DNA of 61,722 nt, filler included. It is 5 parts of 5 records of this genome, joined end to end, with 100 filler letters (N's around TTAATTAATTAA, not from the genome) between each part and the next. Parts side by side here need not be neighbours in the genome. Positions count along the whole stretch, not along the records: positions 1 to 10,633 come from SRR2962707_1625; positions 10,734 to 35,993 come from SRR2962707_1627; 3 more parts are not named here. One strand, given 5' to 3'. This document shows, one piece after another, positions 8,498 through 19,912 of this stretch. Below the pieces are notes generated by a model, which did not search any database, was not told the DNA's origin, and saw only the letters and a list, made by a program, of their open reading frames with translations. How positions within the stretch are numbered: the first letter of the stretch is position 1; each line of letters starts with the position of its first letter. Both the position numbers and the translations under genes were made by a program.

Positions 8498-10189
8498 TTA
8501 GGCCGAAGGCACCAGTGCGTCCACCTTGGGGCGGATCATGGTTTTCTGGCGTCCGGATTTTCCGATTGTATGGCAGAGCAGGACCACCGGCAGCAGGCCG
8601 AAGCCAACGATCATCAGCGAGGGCAGGGCTGCCTGTTGCAGGCGTTCGTCCGACGCCAGCCGATAGGCCTGAACGGCGAGTGTGTCGAAGTTGAACGGCC
8701 GCATGATCAATGTCGCGGGCAGTTCCTTCATGACGTCAACAAAGACGATCAGCAGGGCTGTCAGCAGGCTGGGGCGCAGGAGCGGCAGATGAATTTCGAA
8801 CAGCATGCGGCCCGAGGTGCGGCCCAGCGTGCGGGCGGCGGCATCGATGTTGGGCTTGATCGCCGAGATGCCGGTGTCGAACGCACCAAGGGCGGCGGCG
8901 ATGAAACGCACCATATAGGCCACCACCAGAAGCCCGATCGAGCCGGTGAAGAACAGGCCGGTGGAGACATCGAAATTGGCCCGCGCCCAGGCATCGATGG
9001 CATTGTCCAGCGCTGCGAAGGGGACCAGCAGCCCGACGGCGATGACACCGCCCGGGACCGCGTAACCGATGCCTGCGGCGGCGGCGGAAAAGCGTGCGGC
9101 GAGGCTCGGCGCGATGCGGGCGCAAAAGCCGATGATGATGGCGCCGGAGACTGTGATGGCTGCGGTGATCGAGGCCAGGATCAGCGAGTTCTGGACATAG
9201 CCGAGATAGCGCGGCGAGAAGGGCGATTTTCCGGCCCCGATGGCCATGTCGGTAAGAACGACGAGCGGAATGGCAAAACCGATGGCCACCGGCAGCATGC
9301 AGGCGGTAAACGCGCTTGCGGCATGCCAGCCACTCAAGTGGTGGCGTTCCATGGTCTCGTTGCGGGAGCCTGCGGGAAAGCGCTTTGCGGCCCCGCGCTG
9401 GGCGCGTTCCATCAGCGCGAAGGCCAGCGCCACCACCAGCAGGCAGAGCGCCAGCTGCGAGGCAGCCATACGGTCACCCATCGAGAACCAGGCCGAGTAG
9501 ATGCCGGTGGCAAATGTCTGCACCCCGAAATGCGCCACGGTGCCAAAATCCGCGATGGTTTCCATCAGCGCCAGGATGACGCCGCCGGCAATCGCCGGAC
9601 GGGCCATCGGCAGGCTGACCCGCCAGAAGGCCGACCAGGGCGTGTGGCCCAGTGTGCGGGCGGCGAAATAGGCGGTAGGCGATTGCTTGAGGAAGGCTGC
9701 GCGGGCAAGCAGATAGACATAAGGGTAGAGCACGAATATCAGCATGGCGGCGGCGCCGCCGAGCGAGCGGACTTCGGGGAACCAATAGTCCTGTGCTCCC
9801 CATCCGGTGATGTTCCTGAGCGCCGTCTGCACCGCGCCGGGGTGATCAAGCAGGTCGGTATAGGCATAGGCCAGCACATAGGCCGGGAAGGCCAGCGGCA
9901 GCGCCAGAACGATCTCGAAGGTGCGGCGGAACGGAAAGGAGCAGGTGGTGACCAGCCAAGCGGTGCTGGTGCCGACCACCGCAGTTCCAACGCCGACCAG
10001 CAGCACCAGCTGAACCGTGGTCCAGGTATAGCGCGGCAGAACCGTCGCCATCAGGCTGTTCCAGGTATCGAGCGTGCCGGAGACCGCAGCAAAAGCCACG
10101 GCGACAATCGGCGCGAGGCAGAGCAGGGAGATTATCCAGGCAGCAGACTTGAGTGCGCGTTCGCCCACGGGCGGGTTTATCCTTTGCAT
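8498..10189 (-). CDS. Fe3+ ABC transporter permease (FbpB/SfuB type)
   Basis: Two BPD_transp_1 halves (LPLAFPAYV, AARTLG twice, KELPATLIMRPFNFDTLA). The likely start is MQRINP at 10189, not 10471. Confidence 0.88.
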   Translation of the reverse strand: MQRINPPVGERALKSAAWIISLLCLAPIVAVAFAAVSGTLDTWNSLMATVLPRYTWTTVQLVLLVGVGTAVVGTSTAWLVTTCSFPFRRTFEIVLALPLAFPAYVLAYAYTDLLDHPGAVQTALRNITGWGAQDYWFPEVRSLGGAAAMLIFVLYPYVYLLARAAFLKQSPTAYFAARTLGHTPWSAFWRVSLPMARPAIAGGVILALMETIADFGTVAHFGVQTFATGIYSAWFSMGDRMAASQLALCLLVVALAFALMERAQRGAAKRFPAGSRNETMERHHLSGWHAASAFTACMLPVAIGFAIPLVVLTDMAIGAGKSPFSPRYLGYVQNSLILASITAAITVSGAIIIGFCARIAPSLAARFSAAAAGIGYAVPGGVIAVGLLVPFAALDNAIDAWARANFDVSTGLFFTGSIGLLVVAYMVRFIAAALGAFDTGISAIKPNIDAAARTLGRTSGRMLFEIHLPLLRPSLLTALLIVFVDVMKELPATLIMRPFNFDTLAVQAYRLASDERLQQAALPSLMIVGFGLLPVVLLCHTIGKSGRQKTMIRPKVDALVPSA

Positions 10190-10356
10190 CTGGCCTGATC
10201 CTGCAAAAGCAATGCAGGCCATAATCCCGTCTCGGTGACCATCTGCCGTTTGACAGCGGAAGGCGGCTCGTTCAAAGATTGTGGAGTAATTCATACAGGT
10301 TTTAGCGTCAACCGGCAGCGGCAGCTGGCGGTGGCGCATATTTATAGAGAATTCCC

Positions 10357-10563
10357 ATGTTTGTCTGCCAGTGCAACCTTCTGTCGCAAGGCGAGATCGA
10401 GGCTGCGGTCGAAAAACTGCTTGCCGAGGACCCCTGGCAACTGATCGTGCCGTCAAAGGTCTATCATGCAATGCAGATTCGCGGGCGTTGCTGCGGCTGT
10501 TTCCCCGATGTGGTGGAGATCATCGGTGCGGTCACCGAACGGGTCAGAAATGGCGCCGCCTAA
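10357..10563 (+). CDS. bfd: bacterioferritin-associated [2Fe-2S] ferredoxin
   Basis: 68 aa with C-x-C near the N-terminus and CCGC near the C-terminus; divergent from the iron permease. Confidence 0.8.
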   Translation: MFVCQCNLLSQGEIEAAVEKLLAEDPWQLIVPSKVYHAMQIRGRCCGCFPDVVEIIGAVTERVRNGAA

Positions 10564-10599
10564 AGCACCTTGCATGAATACGATTCATGCAAGGTGCTT
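10563..10599. terminator. 17-bp perfect stem-loop after bfd
   Basis: AAGCACCTTGCATGAAT-ACG-ATTCATGCAAGGTGCTT, followed by T-rich sequence. Confidence 0.65.
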
Positions 10600-10633
10600 C
10601 AGGTTTCTGTTTTGGCGCGTGTTTTATTCCGAA

Positions 10634-10733
10634 NNNNNNNNNNNNNNNNNNNNNNNNNNNNNNNNNNNNNNNNNNNNTTAATTAATTAANNNNNNNNNNN
10701 NNNNNNNNNNNNNNNNNNNNNNNNNNNNNNNNN
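10634..10733. other. artificial contig spacer
   Basis: N44-TTAATTAATTAA-N44 (stops in all six frames), identical at four places. Confidence 0.98.
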
Positions 10734-11336
10734 GCGATTGTCGCCCATCATGAAATAGTGGCCCGCCGGCACGACATAAAGCCCCGTATCGTCCCAGACA
10801 CTGTCGCGCATGCGGTCGAGCGTGATGTAGGACACGCCGTTCGGCAGCGTTTCCCGGTATTGCGGCACGCGATGCACATTGCCCGCCGCATCGCGCTGAA
10901 TGAAATCGTCGACGCGCGCACGCGGCACGGCCTTGTCGTTCAGATAGAGAACGCCGCTTCTCATCTGCACCGTATCACCAGGCAGCCCGATCACGCGCTT
11001 GATGAAATCCGTCCGATTGTCGGTCGGCTGCTTGAAGACCGCGATGTCGCCGCGCTCCGGCTGCACCCCGACGATACGTCCGCTGAAAAGCGGCGGGCTG
11101 AAGGGCAGCGAATGCTTCGAATAGCCATAGCTGTATTTCGCGACGAACAGGTAGTCGCCGATCAGCAGCGTCGACTCCATCGAGCTCGACGGAATGAAGA
11201 ACGGCTGGAACAGGAAGGCCCGGATGAAAAGCGCGATCAGCAGCGCATAGGCAATCGTTCGGATATTTTCAGCCAGCGAGCTGCCGCGCAGTTTCCGCGC
11301 GTTCTCGTTCATAGCCATCTTCCAGCTTCTCGCCAT
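10734..11336 (-). CDS. lepB: signal peptidase I, 3'-partial
   Basis: IPSSSMESTL (catalytic Ser), FIKRVIGLPGD (catalytic Lys), YFMMGDNR; truncated by the contig end. The start may be 11318 or 11312. Confidence 0.95.
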
Positions 11337-11402
11337 TCACTCAGGCTCCCCTTGAAATCCGGCGGACCATACCACAAAGGGACAGCCCGTCTGCCCCAAA
11401 CG

Positions 11403-11804
11403 CTATGCCTTCGGCACGACGGAAATGATGACAAAAGCCTGCGCAAGTGGGTGGTCGTCAGTGATCGTCAGATGGATGACGGGGTCCATGCCCGGCGGCG
11501 TGATCTCCTGAAGCCGCACCAGCGCGCCCCCCGTCAGCGCCATGGTGGGCTGACCGCCCCGCAAGTTGACGACCCCCATATCCTTCCAGAAAACGCCGCG
11601 CCGGATGCCTGTCCCCAGCGCCTTGGAGCAGGCCTCCTTTGCCGCAAAGCGCTTGGCGTAGGAGGCGGCCCGCATCCGCCGTCCCTCCGATTTCCGCTGT
11701 TCGACCTCGGTGAATATCCGCTCGGTAAACCGGGTGCCGAAGCGCTCCAGTGTTTGCTCCACACGTCTGATGTCGATCAGGTCGCTGCCAATGCCGACGA
11801 TCAT
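11403..11804 (-). CDS. acpS: holo-ACP synthase
   Basis: MIVGIGSDL...[16 protein letters not shown]; synteny with pdxJ and lepB. Confidence 0.96.
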   Translation of the reverse strand: MIVGIGSDLIDIRRVEQTLERFGTRFTERIFTEVEQRKSEGRRMRAASYAKRFAAKEACSKALGTGIRRGVFWKDMGVVNLRGGQPTMALTGGALVRLQEITPPGMDPVIHLTITDDHPLAQAFVIISVVPKA

Positions 11805-12607
11805 TGGGCACCCTTGCCGCTTGCGCCCCGCGCGCTGGAAACCGGCCGCGCCGCGTCCATTTCCGCGCGCATCATCCGGATGCTTTGGGCAAGGCCCACG
11901 AAAATCGCCTCCCCCACCAGAAAATGTCCGATGTTGAGTTCGGCAAGTTCCGGCAGCGCCGCAACGGGTCCCACCGTGTCGAAGGTCAGCCCGTGCCCGG
12001 CGTGAACTTCAAGGCCGAGCGCCGTTCCATCGCGTGCCGCTGCCGCAAGCCTCGCAAGCTCCGCATCGCGCTTTGCGCTTTGCCGCTCCATCGCGGCATC
12101 GCAATAAGCGCCGGTATGTAGCTCCACGACAGGCGCGCCGAGCGAATGCGCCGCTTCGAGCTGGCGCTTCTCCGCGTTGATGAAAAGGGAAACGCGAATA
12201 CCCGCATCGCCAAGCCGCGCAATGATCGGCTTCAGGTTGTTGTGAAGCCCGGCGGCATCGAGCCCGCCTTCCGTCGTCACTTCTTCACGCCGCTCCGGCA
12301 CAATGCAGCACGCATGCGGTTTGTGCCTGAGCGCGATGGTGAGCATCTCCGGCGTCGCTGCCATTTCGAGGTTGAGGGGAAGCGCGATCTCCCCCATCAG
12401 CCTTTCAATATCCGCATCACGGATGTGGCGCCGGTCTTCGCGCAGATGCGCCGTGATGCCGTCGGCCCCCGCCTCCTCGGCAAGCTTCGCCGCGCGGGTC
12501 GGATCCGGGTGATCGTTTCCACGCGCATTCCGTATCGTCGCGACATGGTCGATGTTGACGCCGAGCCTCAAATATCCGGGCGCGCGCTTGCTTCCGGTAT
12601 CGCTCAT
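11801..12607 (-). CDS. pdxJ: pyridoxine 5'-phosphate synthase
   Basis: [36 protein letters not shown]. Confidence 0.97.
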   Translation of the reverse strand: MSDTGSKRAPGYLRLGVNIDHVATIRNARGNDHPDPTRAAKLAEEAGADGITAHLREDRRHIRDADIERLMGEIALPLNLEMAATPEMLTIALRHKPHACCIVPERREEVTTEGGLDAAGLHNNLKPIIARLGDAGIRVSLFINAEKRQLEAAHSLGAPVVELHTGAYCDAAMERQSAKRDAELARLAAAARDGTALGLEVHAGHGLTFDTVGPVAALPELAELNIGHFLVGEAIFVGLAQSIRMMRAEMDAARPVSSARGASGKGAQ

Positions 12608-13224
12608 GTTGCGTCTCCTTTTTCCAGTCCCAGGTCTGCGCCGTGGCTCTCTTCAGATGCAGTCTGCGGGGCAGCGGTATGGACCCGCGCCTTCGCGCGC
12701 TCGGCCAGCAGTTTCCGCCTCTGCGATTGATAGGCTTCGACGCCGATGCGCGTAAGAACATAAAAGACACAGCCAAATATGATTCCCACAGGAATGGAGC
12801 CCACGGCCAGCGGCACGAGGCTCGGCAGTATCCGGTCGAAAGCGCCCGCCTGCTGCATCGTATGGGCGATGTTCGGGTCGCTGCCTGCGGGCGCCCCGAC
12901 CATGTAGCGGCCCACCTCGAACACCAGGAGCCAGATCACCGGAAAGGTAATCGGATTGCCGATGAACGTGCCGAGCGCGCTTGCAATCAGGTTTCCGCGA
13001 ATGACCCACGCGATCAGCATGGCAATCAGAATGTGAAATCCGAAGAACGGCGTACAGGACGAAAACGCCCCCGCCGCAACGCCGAGCGCGATCGCATGCG
13101 GTGTGCCGGAAAGACGCCACACGCGCCGCCATCCATACTGCAGGGTCCGCTTCCAGCCGGAACGCGGCCAGAAGATTTCCTTCAGCTTTTCGATTGGATG
13201 AAGATCGACCCTACGGCGAAACAA
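12604..13224 (-). CDS. DUF2062-domain membrane protein
   Basis: [20 protein letters not shown] motifs; TTG start. Confidence 0.8.
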   Translation of the reverse strand: MFRRRVDLHPIEKLKEIFWPRSGWKRTLQYGWRRVWRLSGTPHAIALGVAAGAFSSCTPFFGFHILIAMLIAWVIRGNLIASALGTFIGNPITFPVIWLLVFEVGRYMVGAPAGSDPNIAHTMQQAGAFDRILPSLVPLAVGSIPVGIIFGCVFYVLTRIGVEAYQSQRRKLLAERAKARVHTAAPQTASEESHGADLGLEKGDAT

Positions 13225-13237
13225 CTAAAGCGCTCCC

Positions 13238-13822
13238 TCACGCAAGATGCCGGCTGCCCGGCTTCACGGCTGGCATCGCCGCGAGTTCCTTTGGCAGCTT
13301 GTCGGCCGGATAGGCGGGAATGGCGATCCGCGCGAGCGAGATGAGCTTCGTGCCGACCTTCGCCTTGCCGCCCGACCTGTCGATCAGGCACGCGGCGGCC
13401 ACCACCTTCGCGCCGGTCGCGCGAATGGCCTCGATGCATTCGCGTGACGACAGGCCCGTCGTCACGATGTCTTCCACCATCACCACTCGCATGCCCTTTT
13501 CGAGATGGAACCCGCGTCTGAGAACGAACTCGCCATTCTCCCGTTCCACATACATGGCGGGCAGTTTCATCTGCCGCGCCGTCTCGTATCCGGGGATGAT
13601 GCCTCCGACTGCGGGCGAAACAATGGCATCTATGGGGCCCTTCACTTGCCCCTCGATTTTCGCCGCCAGCGCCTTGCAGAGCTTTGCGGTCCGCGCCGGG
13701 TTCATGAAGACAAGCGCCTTCTGCAGAAACACCGGGCTGTGCAGCCCCGACGACAGGATGAAGTGCCCTTTCAGCAGCGCACCGGCCTTCTCGAATTCCT
13801 TGAGAACCTTTTCTTGATCCAT
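13238..13822 (-). CDS. pyrE: orotate phosphoribosyltransferase
   Basis: [15 protein letters not shown] motif [11 protein letters not shown]. Confidence 0.95.
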   Translation of the reverse strand: MDQEKVLKEFEKAGALLKGHFILSSGLHSPVFLQKALVFMNPARTAKLCKALAAKIEGQVKGPIDAIVSPAVGGIIPGYETARQMKLPAMYVERENGEFVLRRGFHLEKGMRVVMVEDIVTTGLSSRECIEAIRATGAKVVAAACLIDRSGGKAKVGTKLISLARIAIPAYPADKLPKELAAMPAVKPGSRHLA

Positions 13823-13859
13823 TTTTTCACCGGCTTGCAGCTTGAGGGCAGGAAGTCCG

Positions 13860-16007
13860 TCACCGCCTCGGGCGAACGACGGTATTGACGCAGGAAAGAC
13901 CGTTCAGCGCCGACATGATCCGTGTCAGATGCTTGAGATCCCTGACTTCGATATCGATCTGTATGTCGTAGAAATCCATGTCTCGCTGGGCGAGCGACAG
14001 ATTCGAGATGTTGCTCCCATAGTCGGCGATCAGCGTCGCGATGTGGCCGAGCGAACCGACTTCGTTCTTCGCCGTCACCCGAAGCCGCGTTGGAAAGGTC
14101 TGCGGGTGATCGGGATCGATGTCCCATGTCGCGTCGATCCAGCGCAGCGTGTCGCTGTCGAATTCCTCCAGCGCCGGCGCGTCGATCGGATAGATCGTGA
14201 TGCCTTCGCCCGGCATCATGATGCCGACAATGCGTTCACCCGGTAGCGGATACATGTCGGGCGCAAACCGGATCGCAAGCCCAGACGCCCGCCCGGTCAC
14301 ATGCACCGAGCCGCCGCGCTCATCCTTGCCGTTCGATTTGATGTTGCGTTTGCGGCCGTTCTTTGGCGCGGGGTCTTCGGGATAGACCGTCTGCAAGACA
14401 TGCTGCGGGTTCAGCGTTCCATCGCCGACCGACGCGAGCAATTCATTCAGGTCGCTCTTGCGGAGTGACCCCAGCGCGCGCTCAAGAATGGTGTCGTTGA
14501 CATCGCGGCCCGCTGCATCGAAAGCACTCTTCACGATCTGCCGCCCCAGCCGCCCGAACTCCGCCTGCTTGGTCGCCCGGATCGAACGGCGGATGGCGGA
14601 CCGCGCCTTGCCGGTGGCAACAAAGGCTTCCCACGCAGGCGAAGGCCGCTGCGCCTGAGAACGGATAATCTCCACCTCGTCGCCATTTTCGAGCCGCGTG
14701 CGGAGAGGCATGTGCCGGCCATTGATCTTGCAGCCGACACAGGTGTCGCCGATTTCGGTGTGAACGGCATAGGCGAAGTCGATGGGCGTCGCGCCGCGCG
14801 GCAGCGTGATGAGAAGTCCGTTCGGCGTGAAGCAGAAAACCTGGTCGGAGAACATCTGCAGCTTGGTGTGCTCCAGAAATTCTTCCGGCGAGGCCCCATG
14901 CTCCAGCATTTCAATAAGCTGCCTGAGCCAGCGGAACGTGCCCGCAAATTCCCCGGAAGTGTCCTCGTCGATCCCTTCCTTGTAGCGCCAGTGCGCGGCG
15001 ATGCCGTACTCGGCCACGTCGTGCAGCTTGCGCGTGCGTATCTGCACTTCCGCGCGCTTCTTCTGCGGCCCGATCATCGTCGTATGCAGCGAGCGATAGC
15101 CGTTCGCTTTCGGTGTCGAGATGTAATCCTTGAAACGCCCGGGCACCATCGGCCATGTCGTATGGAGCACGCCGAGCGCCCGATAACAATCCGGCACGTC
15201 GTCCACGATCACGCGAAACCCGAATATATCGGAAAGCTGCTCCAGCGAAATCGCGCGGCGCTCCATCTTCCGCCACATCGAATAGGGCCGTTTTTCGCGT
15301 CCTATCACCTCGCAGGGAAGGCCGCCTTCTTCGAGCTTCGCCTTGATCTCGTCGGCGATCTTCTGCACCGAGTCACCGCTCGCCTCGCGGAAGTCGTTGA
15401 GCCGCTTGATGAGGGCTTCGCGCGCTTCCGGGTTCAACTCCTGGAAGGCGAGGTCTTCCAGTTCCTCACGAATTTCCTGGATGCCCATGCGGCCCGCAAG
15501 CGGCGCATAGATTTCCATCGTCTCAAGCGCGATGCGCTGCCGCTTCTCCGCCGAGGCGATGAAGTGCAGCGTGCGCATGTTGTGCAGGCGGTCTGCGAGT
15601 TTCACCAGCAACACGCGAATGTCATTCGACATCGCGAGAAGGAACTTGCGGAAATTCTCGGCTTGCTTCGAGCGTTCGGAAGTGAGCTCGATCCGCGTGA
15701 GCTTCGTCACGCCGTCGACAAGCCCTGCCACCTGCGAACCGAAGAGCTTGGTCAGTTCGTCCATCGTCGAGCCGGTATCTTCGATCGTGTCGTGCAGCAG
15801 CGCCGTCACGATCGTTGCCGTGTCGAGCTTGAGGTCGGTGAGAATGCCGGCCACTTCGATCGGATGGGAGAAGTAGGGGTCGCCGCTTGCCCGCTTCTGG
15901 CTGCCATGCTGCTTCATGGCATAGACATAGGCACGGTTGATCAGGGCTTCGTCCGCCTTCGGATCGTAGCCGAGCACGCGATCTACGAGCTCATACTGAC
16001 GCAACAT
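13860..16007 (-). CDS. spoT: bifunctional (p)ppGpp synthetase/hydrolase (Rsh)
   Basis: HD hydrolase domain (LLHDTIED), synthetase (RFKDYI, YRSLHT, EVQIRT), TGS and ACT domains; 715 aa. Confidence 0.97.
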   Translation of the reverse strand: MLRQYELVDRVLGYDPKADEALINRAYVYAMKQHGSQKRASGDPYFSHPIEVAGILTDLKLDTATIVTALLHDTIEDTGSTMDELTKLFGSQVAGLVDGVTKLTRIELTSERSKQAENFRKFLLAMSNDIRVLLVKLADRLHNMRTLHFIASAEKRQRIALETMEIYAPLAGRMGIQEIREELEDLAFQELNPEAREALIKRLNDFREASGDSVQKIADEIKAKLEEGGLPCEVIGREKRPYSMWRKMERRAISLEQLSDIFGFRVIVDDVPDCYRALGVLHTTWPMVPGRFKDYISTPKANGYRSLHTTMIGPQKKRAEVQIRTRKLHDVAEYGIAAHWRYKEGIDEDTSGEFAGTFRWLRQLIEMLEHGASPEEFLEHTKLQMFSDQVFCFTPNGLLITLPRGATPIDFAYAVHTEIGDTCVGCKINGRHMPLRTRLENGDEVEIIRSQAQRPSPAWEAFVATGKARSAIRRSIRATKQAEFGRLGRQIVKSAFDAAGRDVNDTILERALGSLRKSDLNELLASVGDGTLNPQHVLQTVYPEDPAPKNGRKRNIKSNGKDERGGSVHVTGRASGLAIRFAPDMYPLPGERIVGIMMPGEGITIYPIDAPALEEFDSDTLRWIDATWDIDPDHPQTFPTRLRVTAKNEVGSLGHIATLIADYGSNISNLSLAQRDMDFYDIQIDIEVRDLKHLTRIMSALNGLSCVNTVVRPRR

Positions 16008-16073
16008 GCCTGAAATTCTCCTGCGTCCTCTCTTGCAAACTTCCTAACGCGGTTTACCCGGCAACACTCGCCC

Positions 16074-16117
16074 AAAACAAAAAGCGCCGCCCCTTACCTT
16101 CCGGCCGGGCGGCGCTT
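16074..16117 (-). terminator. intrinsic terminator between rpoZ and rsh
   Basis: Minus strand AAGCGCCGCCC...GGGCGGCGCTT stem followed by a T-rich tract (TTTGTTTT). Confidence 0.65.
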
Positions 16118-16171
16118 GAACCGATTAACGTCTGGGCCTGAGGCCGCTCAGCCGGCCCCTGTCGCCCGTCC

Positions 16172-16597
16172 TCAGTCTTCCCCGTCCATGTCGTCCGCAT
16201 CGGCGGATTTCTGCTGCGGCGAGTCGATCTGGCTCTGGATGGCGCGGAGAAGATCCTCTTCGCTCATCCGCTCGCCGCCGTCTTCCGCTGCGCCGAATGT
16301 ATCTTGCACTTCGCCTGCCGCTTCGCCGGACATGAGAAGCTGCATGTTCTCGACTTCCGGCTCTTCCGTCTCGACCCGGCTCTGCAAGCTGCCGATCAGG
16401 TCTTCGCGCAGATCCTCCGGTATCACGGTCTTTTCCGCGATCTCGCGCAGCGCCACGACCGGATTTTTGTCGTTGTCGCGCTCGACCGTCAGCTCGGCGC
16501 CCGCCGACATGGCACGCGCCCGGTGCGCCGAGAGCAGAACCAGCTCGAAACGGTTGGGCACCTTGTCGACGCAATCTTCAACGGTCACGCGGGCCAT
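16172..16597 (-). CDS. rpoZ: RNA polymerase omega subunit
   Basis: MARVTVEDC...NRFELV...[12 protein letters not shown] with the acidic alphaproteobacterial tail. Confidence 0.97.
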   Translation of the reverse strand: MARVTVEDCVDKVPNRFELVLLSAHRARAMSAGAELTVERDNDKNPVVALREIAEKTVIPEDLREDLIGSLQSRVETEEPEVENMQLLMSGEAAGEVQDTFGAAEDGGERMSEEDLLRAIQSQIDSPQQKSADADDMDGED

Positions 16598-16702
16598 TGC
16601 TTAACTCCGGTATTGCAGGATCCTGATTTGGCCTTGTATGTAGGGATTCGAACCGCAGAAAGCAAGCAAGAACAGGCTCTTACGCCGCAATCTGCGACGA
16701 TT

Positions 16703-17305
16703 TTAGCCAGCGATCCGCCGGATTCCCGCGCGCTCTCCGGGCGGCAAGGCAGCGATCAGCCGCTCCACGCTCTCCCCCGTTACCGGGTGCCGCCAGCCGG
16801 GCGCCACATCCCGGAGCGGCAGCAGAACGAACCCGCGCCCGCTAATGCCCGGATGTGGAAGGGCAATTGGCGATCCCGCCTGTCCGCTCACCCCCCCGCT
16901 GCCCGGGATCGCAACTCCCCGGAAATCCAGCAAATCGAGGTCCAGAGGCCGCGGAGCCCACCGTTGGCGCCGTACCCTGCCGAACAGAGCCTCGATCCGG
17001 TGCAAAACGTCGAGCAACGCTTCCGGCGGCATCGCGGCCTCGATCACCGCCACAGAATTCACATAGTCCGGCTGTGTATAATTCGCCAGCGCAGGCGTCT
17101 CGTAGAATGGCGCACACCGCACGACCCGCAGGCCGAACGAAGGCATTACCCGCAACGCAGACCGCAGCGTATCCGCAGGCCCGCCATGAACGGTCGGCAG
17201 ATTGGCCCCAAGCGCCACGAATATTTCAAACTGCCCGTGCACCCTGCGCCTCTTCGCCGCTGCCTGTGTGTGTTTCTTGCGTGAGGATGCCGCCGCACCG
17301 ATCAT
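16703..17305 (-). CDS. folK: 2-amino-4-hydroxy-6-hydroxymethyldihydropteridine diphosphokinase
   Basis: VALGANL, YETP, RWAPRPLDLDLL, LPHP, RGFVLLPL. The start is uncertain and may be a downstream GTG. Confidence 0.9.
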   Translation of the reverse strand: MIGAAASSRKKHTQAAAKRRRVHGQFEIFVALGANLPTVHGGPADTLRSALRVMPSFGLRVVRCAPFYETPALANYTQPDYVNSVAVIEAAMPPEALLDVLHRIEALFGRVRRQRWAPRPLDLDLLDFRGVAIPGSGGVSGQAGSPIALPHPGISGRGFVLLPLRDVAPGWRHPVTGESVERLIAALPPGERAGIRRIAG

Positions 17306-17419
17306 GAAAACTTGCGGAATCGTGGATTCCGGTCGTAACTCTCACGCTCGGCATTCCTTGTTCAAGTGAATGACACCCGACTTTTTTCATAACCTCAGTC
17401 GCCCATTGGAGTTCTCGAA

Positions 17420-18037
17420 ATGATATTTTATCCCAACGAGCGAATTGCTCTTTTCATTGACGGTGCAAATCTTTACTCGGCCGCGCGCGGTCTCGGCTTC
17501 GATATCGATTACAAACGTCTCCTCGATCACTTCCGCAGCAAGGGTACGCTGATCCGTGCCTTCTACTACACCGCGCTGCTCGAGGATCAGGAATATTCCC
17601 CGCTCCGTCCCCTGATCGACTGGCTGGATTACAACGGCTATGCCGTCGTCACCAAGCCCGCGAAGGAATTTACCGACGCAAACGGCCGCCGCCGCATCAA
17701 GGGCAACATGGACATCGAACTTGCAATCGACGCACTCGAAATCGCGGACAAGCTCGACCACATGATCCTGTTTTCAGGCGACGGCGATTTCCGCCGCCTG
17801 GTCGATGCAGTCCAGCGCAGAGGCAAGCGCGTCACGGTCGTCTCGACCATGCGCAGCCAGCCACCGATGATTGCGGATGAACTGCGCCGCCAGGCCGATC
17901 AGTATATCGAGCTGGAAACCATGCGCGACGCGATCGGCCGCAGCCATTCCGACCGTCCGGCGCCCGCGGTGCGCGACGACGACTATGAATATGACGATGA
18001 GGATGAAGACGAACTCGACCGCCCGGCCCGCGCCTGA
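17420..18037 (+). CDS. NYN/LabA-DUF88 domain protein
   Basis: FIDGANL, KGNMDIELAID, SGDGDF acidic PIN-like motifs. Confidence 0.92.
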   Translation: MIFYPNERIALFIDGANLYSAARGLGFDIDYKRLLDHFRSKGTLIRAFYYTALLEDQEYSPLRPLIDWLDYNGYAVVTKPAKEFTDANGRRRIKGNMDIELAIDALEIADKLDHMILFSGDGDFRRLVDAVQRRGKRVTVVSTMRSQPPMIADELRRQADQYIELETMRDAIGRSHSDRPAPAVRDDDYEYDDEDEDELDRPARA

Positions 18038-18056
18038 ACCCCGGCGGCGACCGTTC

Positions 18057-18698
18057 ATGTCCTTCCCCCCAGAAGCACCGCTCGATTGTCCGCTCTGTCC
18101 GCGTCTAGTGGCCTATCGCCGCGACAACGAAGCGGCCCACCCGGACTGGTTCAACGCCCCTGTCCCGTCTTTCGGGGAAGAGGATGCGCGTCTCCTCATC
18201 GTCGGCCTCGCCCCCGGCGTCCAGGGCGCCAACAAAACAGGACGCCCTTTCACCGGCGACTATGCAGGCGACCTTCTCTACGCCACGCTGACGGAGTTCG
18301 GCTTCGCGAAAGGAACCTACGAGGCACGTCCCGACGACGGACTGAAGCTTGTCGGTGCGATGATCACCAATGCGGTGCGCTGCGTCCCGCCGCAGAACAA
18401 GCCCACGCCTGCCGAAGCGAAAACCTGCCTCGGTTTTCTCGAAGCCCGCATCGCCACCTTGCCGAAACTGACGGCGATCCTCGCCCTCGGGCGGATCGCT
18501 CACGACGCCGTTCTCAACGCGCGCCGCATGAAAAAATCCGCAGCCCCCTTCGGCCATGGTGCCATCCACGACCTCGGCAGCGGCGTGCGCCTTTTCGACA
18601 GCTATCACTGCTCGCGCTACAACACGAACACACGCCGCCTTACGCCTGAAATGTTTCAGTCGGTTTTCGCGGAAATCAGGACGTTTCTCGATGAATGA
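18057..18698 (+). CDS. uracil-DNA glycosylase (family 5 / UdgB-like)
   Basis: CPLCPRL Fe-S cysteines, GLAPG..GANKTGRPFTGD, YHCSRYNT. Start at MSFPP (18057). Confidence 0.9.
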   Translation: MSFPPEAPLDCPLCPRLVAYRRDNEAAHPDWFNAPVPSFGEEDARLLIVGLAPGVQGANKTGRPFTGDYAGDLLYATLTEFGFAKGTYEARPDDGLKLVGAMITNAVRCVPPQNKPTPAEAKTCLGFLEARIATLPKLTAILALGRIAHDAVLNARRMKKSAAPFGHGAIHDLGSGVRLFDSYHCSRYNTNTRRLTPEMFQSVFAEIRTFLDE

Positions 18699-18707
18699 GA
18701 AGGCGCG

Positions 18708-19385
18708 CTAGCTGTAGCGCTCTTCCTTCCACGGATCGGCCTCATTGTGATAGCCGTTCTGTTCCCAGAAGCCCGGCTTGTCGACATCGCTGAACTCGAT
18801 CTTCGACAGCCACTTCGCGCTTTTCCAGAAATACCATTTCGGCACCACGGCACGCACCGGGCCGCCATGCTCGCGCGTCAGCGGCTTGCCCTCCCAGCTA
18901 TGGGCGATAATGACATCCTCTTCCTCGAAAACCTCGCGGCGAATGTTCGTCGTGTAGCCATCATAGGAATGGAAGATCACGTGCCGTGCTTCAGCGGGCG
19001 GTTGCACGAGGTCGAGGATCGTCCGCGCCGACACGCCGTCCCAGCGATTGTCGTAAAGGCTCCACGTCGTCACGCAATGAATGTCGCTTTTGAAATGCGA
19101 CTGCGGCAGCGCCATGAAATCGTCGAAGCCCCATGTCAGCGGATTGGCGACGAGACCCGCCACGTGAAGTTTCCATTCCGCCTTCGGTACATCCGGCTGA
19201 ATGCCGAGATCGAGCACCGGCCACTTCTTCACGAGGTTCTGCCCCGGCGGCAGTCGCCGCGCATGGGCGTTGTCCGTTTTTCCGGTGATATGCCGACCTT
19301 CCGCCGCCGTCTTCTGCTTCGAGCGGATCAGCTTTTCCTTGATCCGGCCGATAAATCCTTCGCTCTGGCCGTCGCCTTCGCTCAT
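18708..19385 (-). CDS. sulfite oxidase-like molybdopterin oxidoreductase (YuiH-like)
   Basis: RLPPGQ, DIHCVTTWS, HGGPVR, KSAKW, GFWE..GYH. Confidence 0.88.
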   Translation of the reverse strand: MSEGDGQSEGFIGRIKEKLIRSKQKTAAEGRHITGKTDNAHARRLPPGQNLVKKWPVLDLGIQPDVPKAEWKLHVAGLVANPLTWGFDDFMALPQSHFKSDIHCVTTWSLYDNRWDGVSARTILDLVQPPAEARHVIFHSYDGYTTNIRREVFEEEDVIIAHSWEGKPLTREHGGPVRAVVPKWYFWKSAKWLSKIEFSDVDKPGFWEQNGYHNEADPWKEERYS

Positions 19386-19389
19386 GGGT

Positions 19390-19887
19390 CTACCCCTTTT
19401 CGCGCAGGAGTCGCGCCTTGTCGCGCTCCCAGCTCCGCTCCTTCAGCGTCTCGCGCTTGTCGGCGAGTTTCTTGCCCTGCGCAAGCCCGACCTCGACCTT
19501 CACCCGGCCCTTGTCGGTGAAATACATGCGCAGCGGCACAATGGTCATGCCCTGCCGCTGCACGGCCGCAGACAGCTTGTCGATCTCGCGCCGGTGCAGC
19601 AATAGCTTCCTCGGCCGCCGCGTCTCGTGGTTGAACTGGTTGGCCTGCAGGTAGATCGGGATATAGGCGTTCACGAGCATGATCTCGCCGGCCTTGGTCG
19701 CCTGGGCATAGGCCTCGTTGAGGCTGCCCTGGCCTCCGCGCAGAGATTTGACCTCGCTGCCCTTCAGTTCGATCCCGGCCTCGAAAGTCTCTGCGATGCT
19801 GTAGTTGAAACGCGCCTTGCGGTTATCCGCGATGATCTTTCGGCCGTCTCCGGCCTTCTTCTTGGCGCCGCCACTCTTGGAGGACAT
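19390..19887 (-). CDS. smpB: SsrA-binding protein
   Basis: [35 protein letters not shown]. Start MSSK at 19887. Confidence 0.97.
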   Translation of the reverse strand: MSSKSGGAKKKAGDGRKIIADNRKARFNYSIAETFEAGIELKGSEVKSLRGGQGSLNEAYAQATKAGEIMLVNAYIPIYLQANQFNHETRRPRKLLLHRREIDKLSAAVQRQGMTIVPLRMYFTDKGRVKVEVGLAQGKKLADKRETLKERSWERDKARLLREKG

Positions 19888-19912
19888 TGCTCCTCGAAAT
19901 CCTTCCCGCTCC

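Noticed and set aside
10270-10356. Iron-regulator box (Irr/RirA/Fur) between the permease and bfd
   Set aside because: The region is AT-rich and the context is plausible, but I found no convincing match to a known consensus.
10190-10471. 94-aa N-terminal extension of the iron permease in the ORF track
   Set aside because: It overlaps bfd on the other strand and has no permease character. The ATG at 10189 has an RBS.
17420-18037. NYN domain protein as a toxin or defence nuclease
   Set aside because: It sits in the usual conserved alphaproteobacterial folK/rpoZ-udg-smpB neighbourhood with no antitoxin or defence context.
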